Positions 29,371 through 39,028 of a stretch of DNA of 64,000 bases are shown piece after piece. The position numbers and the translations under genes were made by a program. Below the pieces are notes generated by a model that worked only from the letters and a program-made list of their open reading frames with translations, was not told the DNA's origin and searched no databases. The stretch spans positions 44,950 through 108,949 of the forward strand of contig CAVZZG010000003.1 of the NCBI GenBank assembly GCA_963779685.1, written 5' to 3'. Within the stretch, counting starts at the first letter, position 1. Each line of letters starts with the position of its first letter. The stretch comes from an uncultured Actinomycetes bacterium (GTDB taxonomy: Bacteria > Actinomycetota > Thermoleophilia > Gaiellales > F1-60-MAGs149).

Positions 29371-29628
29371 ATGGCCGCCAGCGAGCTGCCGCAGGACGTC
29401 CGGGGGCTCTGCGAGTACCTGGTCCGCCGGCTCGTCGATGAGCCCGACGCCGTCCGGGTCGACGAGGCGATCGAGGACGGGCAGCTGGTGTTGCGCGTCC
29501 ACGTCGCGGAGCCGGATCGCGGGAAGGTGATAGGCCGGCAGGGCCGCGTCGTCCGCGCGCTCCGCACCGTCACACGTGCCGGCGGAATCCGCACCGGCCA
29601 GCGCGTCAACGTCGAGATCGAGGCCTGA
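29371..29628 (+). CDS. KH-domain RNA-binding protein (YlqC/UPF0109)
   Basis: It has the GKVIGRQGR GXXG loop and the conserved position between rpsP and rimM. Confidence 0.85.
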   Translation: MAASELPQDVRGLCEYLVRRLVDEPDAVRVDEAIEDGQLVLRVHVAEPDRGKVIGRQGRVVRALRTVTRAGGIRTGQRVNVEIEA

Positions 29629-29662
29629 CGCGGAGGCTCCCCATCCGTGGCGCCCGGCGCGG

Positions 29663-30133
29663 GTGCGGGTCGGCACCGTGGGCCGAGCGCACGGGCTGAA
29701 CGGCGCCGTCTACGTCGAGGCGCCCTGCGGATGGTTCGGGTTCGGGCCCGGATCACGCGTCGAGGTGGGCGGCCAGGCCCGTCTGATCACGCAGCGGACG
29801 GGCACGGACAACCGCCCGATCCTGCTGTTGGACGGCATCGGCGATCGCACGGCCGCCGACGAGCTCCGCAACCAGGCCATCGAGGTCGGCGCCGAGGCGC
29901 TGCCCGAGCCAGAGCCGGACGCCTTCTATCGCTTCGACCTCATCGGCTGCGATGCGTTCCAGGGCGACTGCAAGCTCGGCAAGATCGCGGCCGTCGAGGA
30001 TGGCGTCGCCCACGACGTGCTCGTGCTCGACTCCGGCCTGCGGGTGCCGTTCGTGACGGCGCTGGTGCCGGTCGTCGACGTGCCCGGGCGCCGTCTCGAG
30101 ATCGCGGCGGACGTCCTGCTCGCCGATGCCTGA
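29663..30133 (+). CDS. rimM: 16S rRNA processing protein RimM
   Basis: VRVGTVGRAHGLNGAV.. forms the N-terminal barrel, followed by a PRC-barrel C-terminus. The GTG at 29663 is chosen because it follows the KH gene stop. Confidence 0.85.
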   Translation: MRVGTVGRAHGLNGAVYVEAPCGWFGFGPGSRVEVGGQARLITQRTGTDNRPILLLDGIGDRTAADELRNQAIEVGAEALPEPEPDAFYRFDLIGCDAFQGDCKLGKIAAVEDGVAHDVLVLDSGLRVPFVTALVPVVDVPGRRLEIAADVLLADA

Positions 30134-30827
30134 GATCGACGTCTTCACGCTGTTTCCGAGCTGGTTCTCGTGGCTGGTCGAGGAGCGCCACGTCTCGAAC
30201 GCGCTCGCCGGCCCGCTGGCGCTTCGCCTGCACAACCTGCGCGACTACTCGCCACTGAAGCACCGCATGCTCGACGACGAGCCCTACGGCGGCGGCGCGG
30301 GGATGCTGATCCGGATCGACGTCGTCGTGGCGGCCCTCGAGGGCGCGCTCGGCGCCGGCCTCGACGAGCTGCGCAGCGGTGCCCGGATCGCCGTCCTCGA
30401 CCCGGGTGGCACCCGGTTCGACGACGCCTATGCCCGCGATCTGGCCGCCAGCGAACGGCTGGTGCTGCTGTGCGGGCGCTACGAGGGCTTCGATCACCGC
30501 GTCCACGAGCACGTCGCCACGGAGGCGATCTCGCTCGGCCCCTACGTCGTCTCCGGTGGCGAGGTCGCTGCCATGGTCGTGATCGACGCCGTGGCGCGCC
30601 ATCTCGAGGGCGCACTCGGCGACGCCGACTCCGCCCACCGGGACTCGTTCTCGCCCGCACTCGACGGCGGCATCGAGCACCCGCACTACACGCGGCCCCC
30701 GGAGTTCCGCGGCTGGGGGGTGCCTGCGGTGCTGCTGAGCGGCGACCACGGCGCCATCGCCCGCTGGCGTGCCGAGCGCGGGGCGCAGCGGACGGAAGCG
30801 GCGAGCCGCCGCCCGCCCATCGAGTAG
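30126..30827 (+). CDS. trmD: tRNA (guanine37-N1)-methyltransferase TrmD
   Basis: IDVFTLFP.., [23 protein letters not shown] and [11 protein letters not shown] are TrmD motifs. Confidence 0.95.
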   Translation: MPEIDVFTLFPSWFSWLVEERHVSNALAGPLALRLHNLRDYSPLKHRMLDDEPYGGGAGMLIRIDVVVAALEGALGAGLDELRSGARIAVLDPGGTRFDDAYARDLAASERLVLLCGRYEGFDHRVHEHVATEAISLGPYVVSGGEVAAMVVIDAVARHLEGALGDADSAHRDSFSPALDGGIEHPHYTRPPEFRGWGVPAVLLSGDHGAIARWRAERGAQRTEAASRRPPIE

Positions 30828-30864
30828 CATCCGACCTGCCGTTCACGGAACGAGGACGACTGCG

Positions 30865-31210
30865 ATGAAGACGCTCATCCACGACATCGAGGCCATGCAG
30901 CTCCGGGACATCCCGGTGTTCAAGGCCGGCGACACCGTCCGCGTGCACTTCCGCGTGATCGAGGGCAACCGCCAGCGCGTGCAGGTCTTCGAGGGCATCG
31001 TGATCAAGCGCCAGGGCCACGGCGTTCGCGAGACCTTCACGGTCCGCAAGCAGTCCTTCGGGGTCGGCGTCGAGCGCACGTTCCCGCTCCACTCGCCGAA
31101 GATCGACCAGATCGAGGTCGTCGCCGATCGGCGACGTGAACCGCGCCAAGCTGTACTACCTCCGGGACAAGGTCGGCAAGAAGGCCCGCGTCCGGGAGAA
31201 GCAGCGCTGA
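30865..31210 (+). CDS. rplS: 50S ribosomal protein L19, with an apparent +1 frameshift near 31126-31131
   Basis: L19-like sequence runs to ..[13 protein letters not shown] in frame 1. The conserved C-terminus [26 protein letters not shown] continues in frame 2 and ends at 31210. As written, the ORF instead reads a junk tail to 31242. Confidence 0.85.
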
Positions 31211-31359
31211 CCGGTCGGTCGCGCGTTTTCCGGGTATCGTGAGCCCGTGAGCGACGGGCGTCAGCGAATCCGAGGGCATGCCCGTGCCCGCAGATCCCGG
31301 TGCCGTGGCGCCGGCTCCGGTCGGTCCGGAGCCGCCGTGCCGCCCGGGCGCCGGCCGGG

Positions 31360-31966
31360 ATGTTCACGAGCCTGCGCAACATCTTCGGGCCGTGGATCGA
31401 GCTGATCGTCGTCGTCGGGCTCGCGTTCGGCGTGGCCTACTGCATCCAGTGGCTGATCGTGAAGCCCTACCGGATCCCGAGCCCGTCGATGGAACGCACC
31501 CTGCTGGTCGGCGACCGCGTGATCGTCGCCCGCTTCTGGTACCGGTTCACCGACGTCTCGCGCGGCGACATCGTGGTGTTCCACCCACCCGAGGACCTCG
31601 AGCGCGGGGCGACGACGCCCGACTCGCAGACGTTCATCAAGCGGGCGGTCGGCCTGCCCGGCGACTGGGTCGGGACGACGAAGGGCCAGGTCTACATCTG
31701 CTCGGCCCGCCCGGCATCGCGCAAGACACCGCTCGCCACGCCGGCTGCCGCGCCCTCAACGAGCCCTACACCGAGGGCGTGTCGCGCAGCTGCCAGGGCC
31801 GGCGCGACTTCGGCCCGACGCTGATCCCGCCGACCATTACCTCATGCTCGGCGATAACCGGGAGGACTCCGAGGACGGCCGGTGCTTCGGCCTCATCCCG
31901 AAGGGATGGATCCTCGGGCGCGCGTTCGCACGCATCTGGCCGCTGCAGCGAGTCGGCCTCCTCTAG
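31360..31966 (+). pseudogene. lepB: Signal peptidase I paralog 1, interrupted by two -1 frameshifts (possibly sequence errors)
   Basis: PSPSMERTL (Ser box) and IKRAVGLPGD (Lys box) are in frame 1. ..GIAQDTARHAGCRALNEPYTEG..DFGPTLIPP is in frame 0. DHYLMLGDNREDSEDGRCFGLIP..IWPL..* is in frame 2. The shifts are near 31705-31715 and 31830-31833. Confidence 0.75.
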
Positions 31967-31972
31967 CTCCAC

Positions 31973-32614
31973 ATGCGCGATCTGCTGAAGCGCATCCGCG
32001 GGAACTTCTGGGGCGACCTCGGGATCACCGTCCTGACCGCACTGGCGATCGCGTACGTGTTCCAGCTGTGGATCGCCAAGCCGTTCGTCGTGCCGTCACC
32101 GTCGATGGTGCCGACCCTGCTCGAGGGCGACCGGCCGTTCGCGGTGCGGTTCCTGTACCACTTCACCGACCCCAAGCGCGGCGACATCCTGATCTTCCAC
32201 CCGAACGGCAAGGGCGACCGGCAGTTCCGGCCGCTGGACGGTCAGAAGTCGTGGTCCGAGCCGTACTTCGTGAAGCGCGTCATCGGCCTGCCGGGTGAGG
32301 TGATCGGGTCGGCCCAGGGCCACGTCTACGTGTGCGCGGACGGCAAGTTCCCCGTCGACCCCGCGCATCCCGAGCAGACCGCCGGCTGCAAGCTCCTCGA
32401 CGAGCCGTACGTCCACGGCCAGAAGTCGTACGGATCCGATCAGGGATCGGACTTCGGGCCGGAGAAGATCCCGGCCGGGTACTACTTCATGATGGGCGAC
32501 AACCGCACCTTCTCCGACGATTCGCGGTACTGGGGGCCGATCCCGCGCAGCCAGATCGTCGGCCGCGTCTTCATGATCTACTGGCCGCTCAACCGGATCC
32601 AGTTCTTCCTCTAG
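31973..32614 (+). CDS. lepB: Signal peptidase I paralog 2
   Basis: An N-terminal TM helix is followed by PSPSMVPTL, VKRVIGLPGE and MMGDNRTFSDDSRYWG. Confidence 0.9.
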   Translation: MRDLLKRIRGNFWGDLGITVLTALAIAYVFQLWIAKPFVVPSPSMVPTLLEGDRPFAVRFLYHFTDPKRGDILIFHPNGKGDRQFRPLDGQKSWSEPYFVKRVIGLPGEVIGSAQGHVYVCADGKFPVDPAHPEQTAGCKLLDEPYVHGQKSYGSDQGSDFGPEKIPAGYYFMMGDNRTFSDDSRYWGPIPRSQIVGRVFMIYWPLNRIQFFL

Positions 32615-32617
32615 GCC

Positions 32618-33214
32618 GTGCCTCGCATCCGTTCCCACCGGCTGCTCGTCGTCGCGGCGATCGCCGCCGTGGCGCTCACGTGGTGGTTCGTCCGCCCGTA
32701 CCGGATCCCGACCCCCTCGATGGTGCCGACGTTCCGGCCGGGCGACCAGGTGCTCGCGGCCCGCGTCTACGCCTTCGCCGATCCCGAGCGCGGCGACCTG
32801 GTGGTGTTCCATCCCAACGGCAAGGGCAACAGGGTGTTCCAGGCGAACACGGTCTCGTCCGAGACGTACGTGAAGCGCCTGGTAGGGCTGCCCGGCGAGT
32901 CGATCGGGAGCCACAACGGGCGCGTCTACGTATGCCGAGACGGCATCGAGCCTCCGCAGGCCGGCGGCCCCGACTCGACCCCCGGGTGCCGGTATCTCGC
33001 CGAGCCGTACGTCCACGGTCAGGCGACGGGCCCGTGCGGCTCGCCCGGCGGCGACTTCGGTCCCATCCTCCTGCGGCCGTCCAGCTACTACCTGCTCGGC
33101 GACAACCGGATCGGCTCGGAGGACTCCCGCTGCTTCGGCCAGGTCTCGCGCGATCAGTTCATGGGCGAGGTGTTCCTGCTCTACTGGCCACCCGGCCGGA
33201 TCGGCGTCCCGTGA
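32618..33214 (+). CDS. lepB: Signal peptidase I paralog 3
   Basis: It has PTPSMVPTF, VKRLVGLPGE and LLGDNRIGSEDSRCFG. Confidence 0.9.
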   Translation: MPRIRSHRLLVVAAIAAVALTWWFVRPYRIPTPSMVPTFRPGDQVLAARVYAFADPERGDLVVFHPNGKGNRVFQANTVSSETYVKRLVGLPGESIGSHNGRVYVCRDGIEPPQAGGPDSTPGCRYLAEPYVHGQATGPCGSPGGDFGPILLRPSSYYLLGDNRIGSEDSRCFGQVSRDQFMGEVFLLYWPPGRIGVP

Positions 33215-33215
33215 C

Positions 33216-34112
33216 GTGCTGACGCCCACGCCATCGCTGCGACGACCTCGTCCGGCCGCCCCCCGCGTGCTCGCCTTCGCTCGCCTGGGACGCTGGCCCC
33301 GGCCGCTCGGCCTGTTCGGGCTGGAGCTGGTGGCCGCGATGGTGGGGTCGCTGTGGCGACCCGGCATCGTGGCGTTCGCCCTCGTCTGGGCGACGGCCGC
33401 CGCCACGCTCGTGCTCGATGCCCGCCTGCGCGGACGGCGGGGGGTCGTGGCCGGGCTGTTCGGCGTCGCCCTCGGGCCGCTCGGTTGCGTCGTCATCAGC
33501 TTCGGCGCCCGTCGGGCCGTCCGCAAGGTGGGGCCTCGCTTCCGGGGAGCGGTGGCCCGGGCCGTCGTCGCCGGCGTGCTGGGCGGCGTCGTGGCCGCGG
33601 CCGGCGGGTACTGGGCCATCGACCGGGTCGGCTCGACGGCCTTCGCCCCTGCCAGCGGGATGGCGCCGAGGATCGCGAAGGGCGACCTGATCGTCATCTC
33701 GCCGGGCCTCGAGACCCGTGTCCGCCGCGGTGACATCGTCGCCGTCTCGTCCTTCCCCGGAGCCCGTCACGTCCGCCGCCGCGGCCGTATCGTCGGGGTC
33801 GGCCGGGTCGTCGGGCTTCCGGGCGACTGGGTCGGGGCGACGAGCCAGGGCCTGTACATCTGCGTCTCGGCGCCGGACATCACCGCCGATGTCTCGCGCG
33901 AGAGCGGCTGCCTGTTCCCCGACGAGCCGTACACGAGCTCGGCGACGCCGCCGTTCGGCCCCGTCCAGGTGCCGGCGGACTCCTACTACGTCCTTGGAGA
34001 CGATCGCCAGGTCGTGACGGATTCGCGCCTGTACGGGGCCGTGCCGGCCTCCGCGGTGGCCGGGCGCGTGGTCGCGGTAATCTGGCCGCCGTCGCGGATC
34101 GCGCTTCGCTAG
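33216..34112 (+). CDS. Signal peptidase I-like protein with both catalytic residues substituted and an N-terminal multi-TM extension
   Basis: It aligns with paralogs 1-3. The Ser box reads PASGM (catalytic Ser to Gly) and the Lys box reads VGRVVGLPGD (Lys to Gly), while VLGDDRQVVTDSR is retained. About 130 extra N-terminal residues contain several hydrophobic segments. Confidence 0.72.
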   Translation: MLTPTPSLRRPRPAAPRVLAFARLGRWPRPLGLFGLELVAAMVGSLWRPGIVAFALVWATAAATLVLDARLRGRRGVVAGLFGVALGPLGCVVISFGARRAVRKVGPRFRGAVARAVVAGVLGGVVAAAGGYWAIDRVGSTAFAPASGMAPRIAKGDLIVISPGLETRVRRGDIVAVSSFPGARHVRRRGRIVGVGRVVGLPGDWVGATSQGLYICVSAPDITADVSRESGCLFPDEPYTSSATPPFGPVQVPADSYYVLGDDRQVVTDSRLYGAVPASAVAGRVVAVIWPPSRIALR

Positions 34113-34132
34113 TCACGGATCGCGCGTCTTCG

Positions 34133-34828
34133 GTGACCGGCGGCTCGGGTAGGCTCTCGCCGATGGCCGTCGCCGCCCGATCCCGCACCCGCGGCAGTGC
34201 CCTGCGGCGGCTGCTGGCGCACGACAGGTCGTTCGGCAGCCGCTACGTGGCGGGGGCGGACGAGGCCGGCCGGGGCGCGCTGGCGGGCCCGCTGGTGGTC
34301 GCAGCCGTCCTGCTCGAACCGTTGTCCGTGACCGTCGCGGAGCGGCGGGCGCTCCGCCGCCTCGACGACTCCAAGCGCTGTACGCACGCCGCCCGCGTCG
34401 CCCTCCTGCCGGCCGTCTTCGAGACCGCCCGCCGCATATCCGTCGTGGTGGTCCCAGTGGGCGAGGTGGACGCGACCGGGATCCACCGGGCCGATCTCGC
34501 GGCCCTCGCACGGTGTCTGCGCGAGGTCGCGCCGGCCGACGACGTCACCCTGCTTGCGGACGGCTTCCGGGTGCCGCTGGAGCGGGACCACGTGGCCGTC
34601 ATCGACGGCGATACCAAGAGCGCGGCGATCGCCGCCGCATCCATCGTCGCGAAGGTCACCCGCGACCGCCTCATGGAGCACCTCGCCGAGGTGCACGAGG
34701 GCTACGGATTCGAGCGTCACGTCGGGTACGGCACGCCGGAGCATCTCGCGGCGCTGCGCCGGCTCGGGCCGACGGCGCTGCACCGGCGCAGCTTCGCGCC
34801 GTGCAGCCAGCTCACGCTCGGCGTGTGA
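34133..34828 (+). CDS. rnhB: Ribonuclease HII
   Basis: Catalytic motifs are GADEAGRGALAGPLVVAA and DDSKRC. The alternative start is the ATG at 34163. Confidence 0.9.
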   Translation: MTGGSGRLSPMAVAARSRTRGSALRRLLAHDRSFGSRYVAGADEAGRGALAGPLVVAAVLLEPLSVTVAERRALRRLDDSKRCTHAARVALLPAVFETARRISVVVVPVGEVDATGIHRADLAALARCLREVAPADDVTLLADGFRVPLERDHVAVIDGDTKSAAIAAASIVAKVTRDRLMEHLAEVHEGYGFERHVGYGTPEHLAALRRLGPTALHRRSFAPCSQLTLGV

Positions 34829-35151
34829 CGACCGCCCGGTACGGACGCGGCGGCGAGCGCTACGCGCTGGCGCTCTACCTGCTGCGAGGCTACCGCGTGC
34901 TCGGACGGCGCGTGCGCACGCCGGCGGCCGAGGTCGATCTCGTGCTCCGGCGCGGCCGCACGCTGGTGCTGGTGGAGGTCAAGCGCCGCCGGGTCGCCTC
35001 GCCGGAGACCCGCTGGATCGAGCCGGCCCAGATCGAACGGCTGCGGGCGGCGGCGCGCATCCTGCGCTCGTCGCAGCCCTGGGCCGTGCAGGTGCGGATC
35101 GACCTGGTCACGATCGAGGGGGCACGGCCCACGACCAGGCGCCTTCTGTGA
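34825..35151 (+). CDS. yraN: YraN-family (UPF0102) endonuclease-like protein
   Basis: GERYALALYLLRGYRVLGRRVRTPAAEVDLVLRRGRTLVLVEVKRR is the YraN core. The GTG overlaps the rnhB stop. Confidence 0.85.
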   Translation: MTTARYGRGGERYALALYLLRGYRVLGRRVRTPAAEVDLVLRRGRTLVLVEVKRRRVASPETRWIEPAQIERLRAAARILRSSQPWAVQVRIDLVTIEGARPTTRRLL

Positions 35152-35197
35152 CGCTGCGCGCAGCCGCTGCTACCCGGCGGGCGGCGATGCTCGGCCG

Positions 35198-36658
35198 GTG
35201 GAGCTGGCGCGCGCCTGCACGATCGCGATCGAGGGACTCGATGCCGTGCCGATCGACGTCGAGGCGCACGTGCTCGACGATCCCACCGCCCCGTCCCGGA
35301 TGACGATCGTCGGCCTTCCGGATGCGGCCGTCCGCGAGGCACGGGAAAGGGTGCGCTCCGGGATGCGCTCGGCCGAGCTGCGGTTCCCCGGCGGACAGAT
35401 CGTCATCAACCTCGCGCCGGCCACGCTGAAGAAGGCCGGCGCCGGATTCGACCTCGCCATCGCGCTGGCCATCCTCGCCGCCACCGGACAGGTGCCGTAC
35501 GAGGCGCCCCGGTCGGTCGCCGCGCTGGGTGAGCTGGGGCTCGATGCATCGGTCCGTCCCGTGCGCGGCGCCATCGTCGCCGCCGAGATGGCCCGCCGGC
35601 TGGGGCTCGACGGCGTGCTGTGCGCCGCCGAGGTCGCCGGCGAGGTCGGGCTGGTGCCGGGCATCCGCGCAGTGCCGTGCCGGACGCTCCGTGACGCGGT
35701 GGCGTTCCTGCGCGACGGGGTCATCCCCGAGGCCCCGCTATCGCCCGTTCGACCGGCTGCGCCGGCACTGCCCGACCTCGCCGACGTCCGCGGCCAGCCG
35801 ACCGCCCGCCGCGCGCTCGAGATCGCGGCAGCGGGCGGCCACAACCTGCTGCTCGTCGGGCCACCAGGGGTCGGCAAGACGATGCTCGCGCGGCGACTGC
35901 CGGGCGTGCTGCCACCGCTCGGCGATCAGGAGGCGCTGGAGACCACCCGGATCCACTCCGTCGCAGGCCTGCTCGACGCCGGCGTCGGCCTCGTGAGGAG
36001 CCGGCCGTTCCGGGCCCCGCACCACTCGGCGTCGGCTGCGGCCCTCATCGGCGGCGGACCTCGGCTCAGGCCCGGCGAGCTGCCGCTGGCCACCAACGGC
36101 GTGCTCTTCCTGGACGAGCTGCCCGAGTTCCGCCGGGATGCGCTGGAGGCGTTGCGCGGGCCGCTCGAGGACGGCGTGATCCGGATCGCCCGGGCCCACG
36201 GCGTGGCCGTCTACCCCTGCCGCACCGCCCTGATCGCCGCCATGAACCCGTGTCCGTGCGGGCCGGGCGGCGACGGCTGCCTCTGCCAGCCGGATCAGAT
36301 CCGCAGCTATCGCCGCAAGATCTCGGGGCCCCTGCTCGACCGCATCGACCTATGCGTCCAGCTCGCGCGGCCCGAGGCGGCGGTGCTCCGCACCGATCGC
36401 CCCGAGTCGTCGGCGGTCGTCGCCGGGCGCGTGCTGCAGGCCGTCGAACGACGGCGGGCGCGGGCGGGGGAGACGCGGCTGTCCGACGACGCCGAGCAGA
36501 TGCTGCGGCGGGCGATCGACCGTATGCGGCTCTCGCCGCGGGCCGTCGCGCGCTCGGTGCGGGCAGCGCGGACGATCGCCGACCTGGCCGCGGCCGGCGA
36601 TGTCGGCCCCGACCACGTGGCCGAGGCGCTCTCGCTGCGGGTGGGGAGGATCGCGTGA
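35198..36658 (+). CDS. comM: YifB/ComM-family Mg-chelatase-like AAA+ ATPase
   Basis: An N-terminal Lon-protease-like domain (VNLAPATLKKAGAGFDLAIALAIL) is followed by Walker A GPPGVGKT, GVLFLDELPEF and a Cys cluster. Confidence 0.93.
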   Translation: MELARACTIAIEGLDAVPIDVEAHVLDDPTAPSRMTIVGLPDAAVREARERVRSGMRSAELRFPGGQIVINLAPATLKKAGAGFDLAIALAILAATGQVPYEAPRSVAALGELGLDASVRPVRGAIVAAEMARRLGLDGVLCAAEVAGEVGLVPGIRAVPCRTLRDAVAFLRDGVIPEAPLSPVRPAAPALPDLADVRGQPTARRALEIAAAGGHNLLLVGPPGVGKTMLARRLPGVLPPLGDQEALETTRIHSVAGLLDAGVGLVRSRPFRAPHHSASAAALIGGGPRLRPGELPLATNGVLFLDELPEFRRDALEALRGPLEDGVIRIARAHGVAVYPCRTALIAAMNPCPCGPGGDGCLCQPDQIRSYRRKISGPLLDRIDLCVQLARPEAAVLRTDRPESSAVVAGRVLQAVERRRARAGETRLSDDAEQMLRRAIDRMRLSPRAVARSVRAARTIADLAAAGDVGPDHVAEALSLRVGRIA

Positions 36659-37515
36659 TCGCGCGCGGCGCCCTCCACTACCCGGCGGCCCTGGCGGAAC
36701 TCGCCGATCCCCCGGCGGAGTTGTACCTGCGCCCGCCCGCCGGCCCGGCGACGCTGGCAGCGTTGCTGCGCCCGCCGGTCGTCGCCATCGTCGGCGGCAG
36801 GAGGGCATCCGAGATCGGCATGGCCTTCACGCGCCGGCTGGCCCGCGAGCTCGCCGCGGCGGGCGTGGGCATCGTCTCGGGGCTCGCCAGGGGCATCGAC
36901 GGCGCGGCACACCTCGGAGCGCTCGACGCCGGCGGGCGCACCGTGGCCGTGCTCGGCTGTGGCATCGACCGCGACTATCCGCGATCGAACGCCGGTCTCG
37001 CCGCCCGGATCGCAGCCCTGGGGGCGATCATCTCCGAGTATCCGCCCGGCACCGAACCGGCGCCGTGGCGGTTCCCGGCCCGGAACCGGCTGGTCGCGGC
37101 CCTGGGACAGGCCGTCGTGGTCGTCGAGGCGTCCCGGCGCAGCGGCGCGCTGATCACCGCTGCCTGCGCGCTCGACCTCGGCCGGGAAGTGCTCGCCGTG
37201 CCGGCCTCGCCCTGGGTGGACGCGGCGGCCGGCGGCAACGGCCTCTTGCGCGACGGTGCCACACCGGTCACCGGTGCCGGCGACGTGCTCGTTGCGCTCG
37301 GCCTCGACCCGGCCCTCGCCGGCGCCGCCGACGACCCTGACCTGCGCCAGGACGCCCGGCGCCTGCTCGACGCCATCCGACGGTGCCCGGCGGGCCCCGA
37401 CGCCCTCGCGGCGCGACTCGGGCTGACGGCCGCGACGCTCGCGGGCCTCGTCTCCGAGCTGGAGCTCGCGGGGGTCGTGACCCGCGAGGCCGACGGGTCG
37501 CTCTCCGCCTCCTGA
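36655..37515 (+). CDS. dprA: DNA-processing protein DprA
   Basis: It has IVGGRRAS..G, SGLARGIDGAAH and RFPARNRLVAAL. The GTG overlaps the comM stop. Confidence 0.9.
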   Translation: MIARGALHYPAALAELADPPAELYLRPPAGPATLAALLRPPVVAIVGGRRASEIGMAFTRRLARELAAAGVGIVSGLARGIDGAAHLGALDAGGRTVAVLGCGIDRDYPRSNAGLAARIAALGAIISEYPPGTEPAPWRFPARNRLVAALGQAVVVVEASRRSGALITAACALDLGREVLAVPASPWVDAAAGGNGLLRDGATPVTGAGDVLVALGLDPALAGAADDPDLRQDARRLLDAIRRCPAGPDALAARLGLTAATLAGLVSELELAGVVTREADGSLSAS

Positions 37516-37572
37516 GAGATCGTCCGGTGTGCTACGAATCCTGCAACGATCGACGAGAGGATCCGGCGAGCC

Positions 37573-38181
<609 letters not shown>

Positions 38182-38220
38182 TCCCCGGCGCCCCCTGCCC
38201 GGGGTAGAATGGGCAGGCCG

Positions 38221-38293
38221 AGGGGCGTAGCTCAGCTGGTAGAGCATCGGTCTCCAAAACCGAGGGTCGCAGGTTCGAGCCCTGTCGCCCCTG
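38221..38293 (+). tRNA. tRNA-Trp (anticodon CCA)
   Basis: It folds by hand into a cloverleaf. The acceptor stem is AGGGGCG/CGCCCCT. The D arm is GCTC-AGCTGGTA-GAGC. The anticodon arm is TCGGT-CTCCAAA-ACCGA. The T arm is GCAGG-TTCGAGC-CCTGT. The CCA end is not encoded. Confidence 0.9.
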
Positions 38294-38304
38294 CTCCGTG
38301 GAAC

Positions 38305-38349
38305 AAGGGAATCCCCCGCATTCATCAGGAATCCGGGGGGTTCCCTTTT
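38305..38349 (+). terminator. Intrinsic terminator downstream of tRNA-Trp
   Basis: AAGGGAATCCCCCG-(15 nt)-CGGGGGGTTCCCTT forms a 14-bp stem with one G-U pair and runs into TTTT. Confidence 0.7.
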
Positions 38350-38428
38350 CCACAGGCGGCGACGCCTATCGAGCTCCGCCTGGCCGTCGTACTCCACCAC
38401 GGAACCGTTCCAGAACGGACGATTCGGT

Positions 38429-38833
38429 CTACGTCGCGTCCATGACGTATGCGAACAGCGCGAGCCCGACACCACCGCCGAGAATGATGGCCATCGGGAC
38501 GCCCATCGGTCGATCGAGCCCGGGGATCGGGGTGTCGCCGACCCTTCCGCGGAGGAAGACGATGATCGCCACCACGAACCACGATATGCCCCACACGACG
38601 ATGCCCCCTGTGCTCACACCGAGACGTCTGGCGATGAGCGCCGTCTCGATAGCACCGAGGAGACAGGCTCCGGCCCACCGCAACCGCACGTAATCAGGTG
38701 CGACTGGCCCGGCGTCGACCCCGGCCGCCGGCGGGGGGAACCAGGCTCGAATCACCCGACGGTTCGTGCCGCGGAGCTCCTCGTTGACCGCGACGACCAG
38801 GAGGACGATCACCACGCCGGCGATGTAGTTCAC
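38429..38833 (-). CDS. Hypothetical membrane protein (about 4 predicted TM segments)
   Basis: 134-aa ORF with hydrophobic helices. No recognisable family. Local GC is lower than the flanks. Confidence 0.5.
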   Translation of the reverse strand: MNYIAGVVIVLLVVAVNEELRGTNRRVIRAWFPPPAAGVDAGPVAPDYVRLRWAGACLLGAIETALIARRLGVSTGGIVVWGISWFVVAIIVFLRGRVGDTPIPGLDRPMGVPMAIILGGGVGLALFAYVMDAT

Positions 38834-39028
38834 GACCCCACCGTCACGGACGCATCGATGTCCACGAGCACCACTGCCACGATCCTAGCCGCGCCGAATC
38901 ACGAACGCGAGCACGTCGCGCCGGGCCTACCGCCGAGCCGGGAACGCGGATACGGGCGCGCATCGCTTTGCGCTACGGCATGAAGCGGCGCCAGACCGGC
39001 TTGGAGAAGTCGAGGTAGCATTGCCGGG

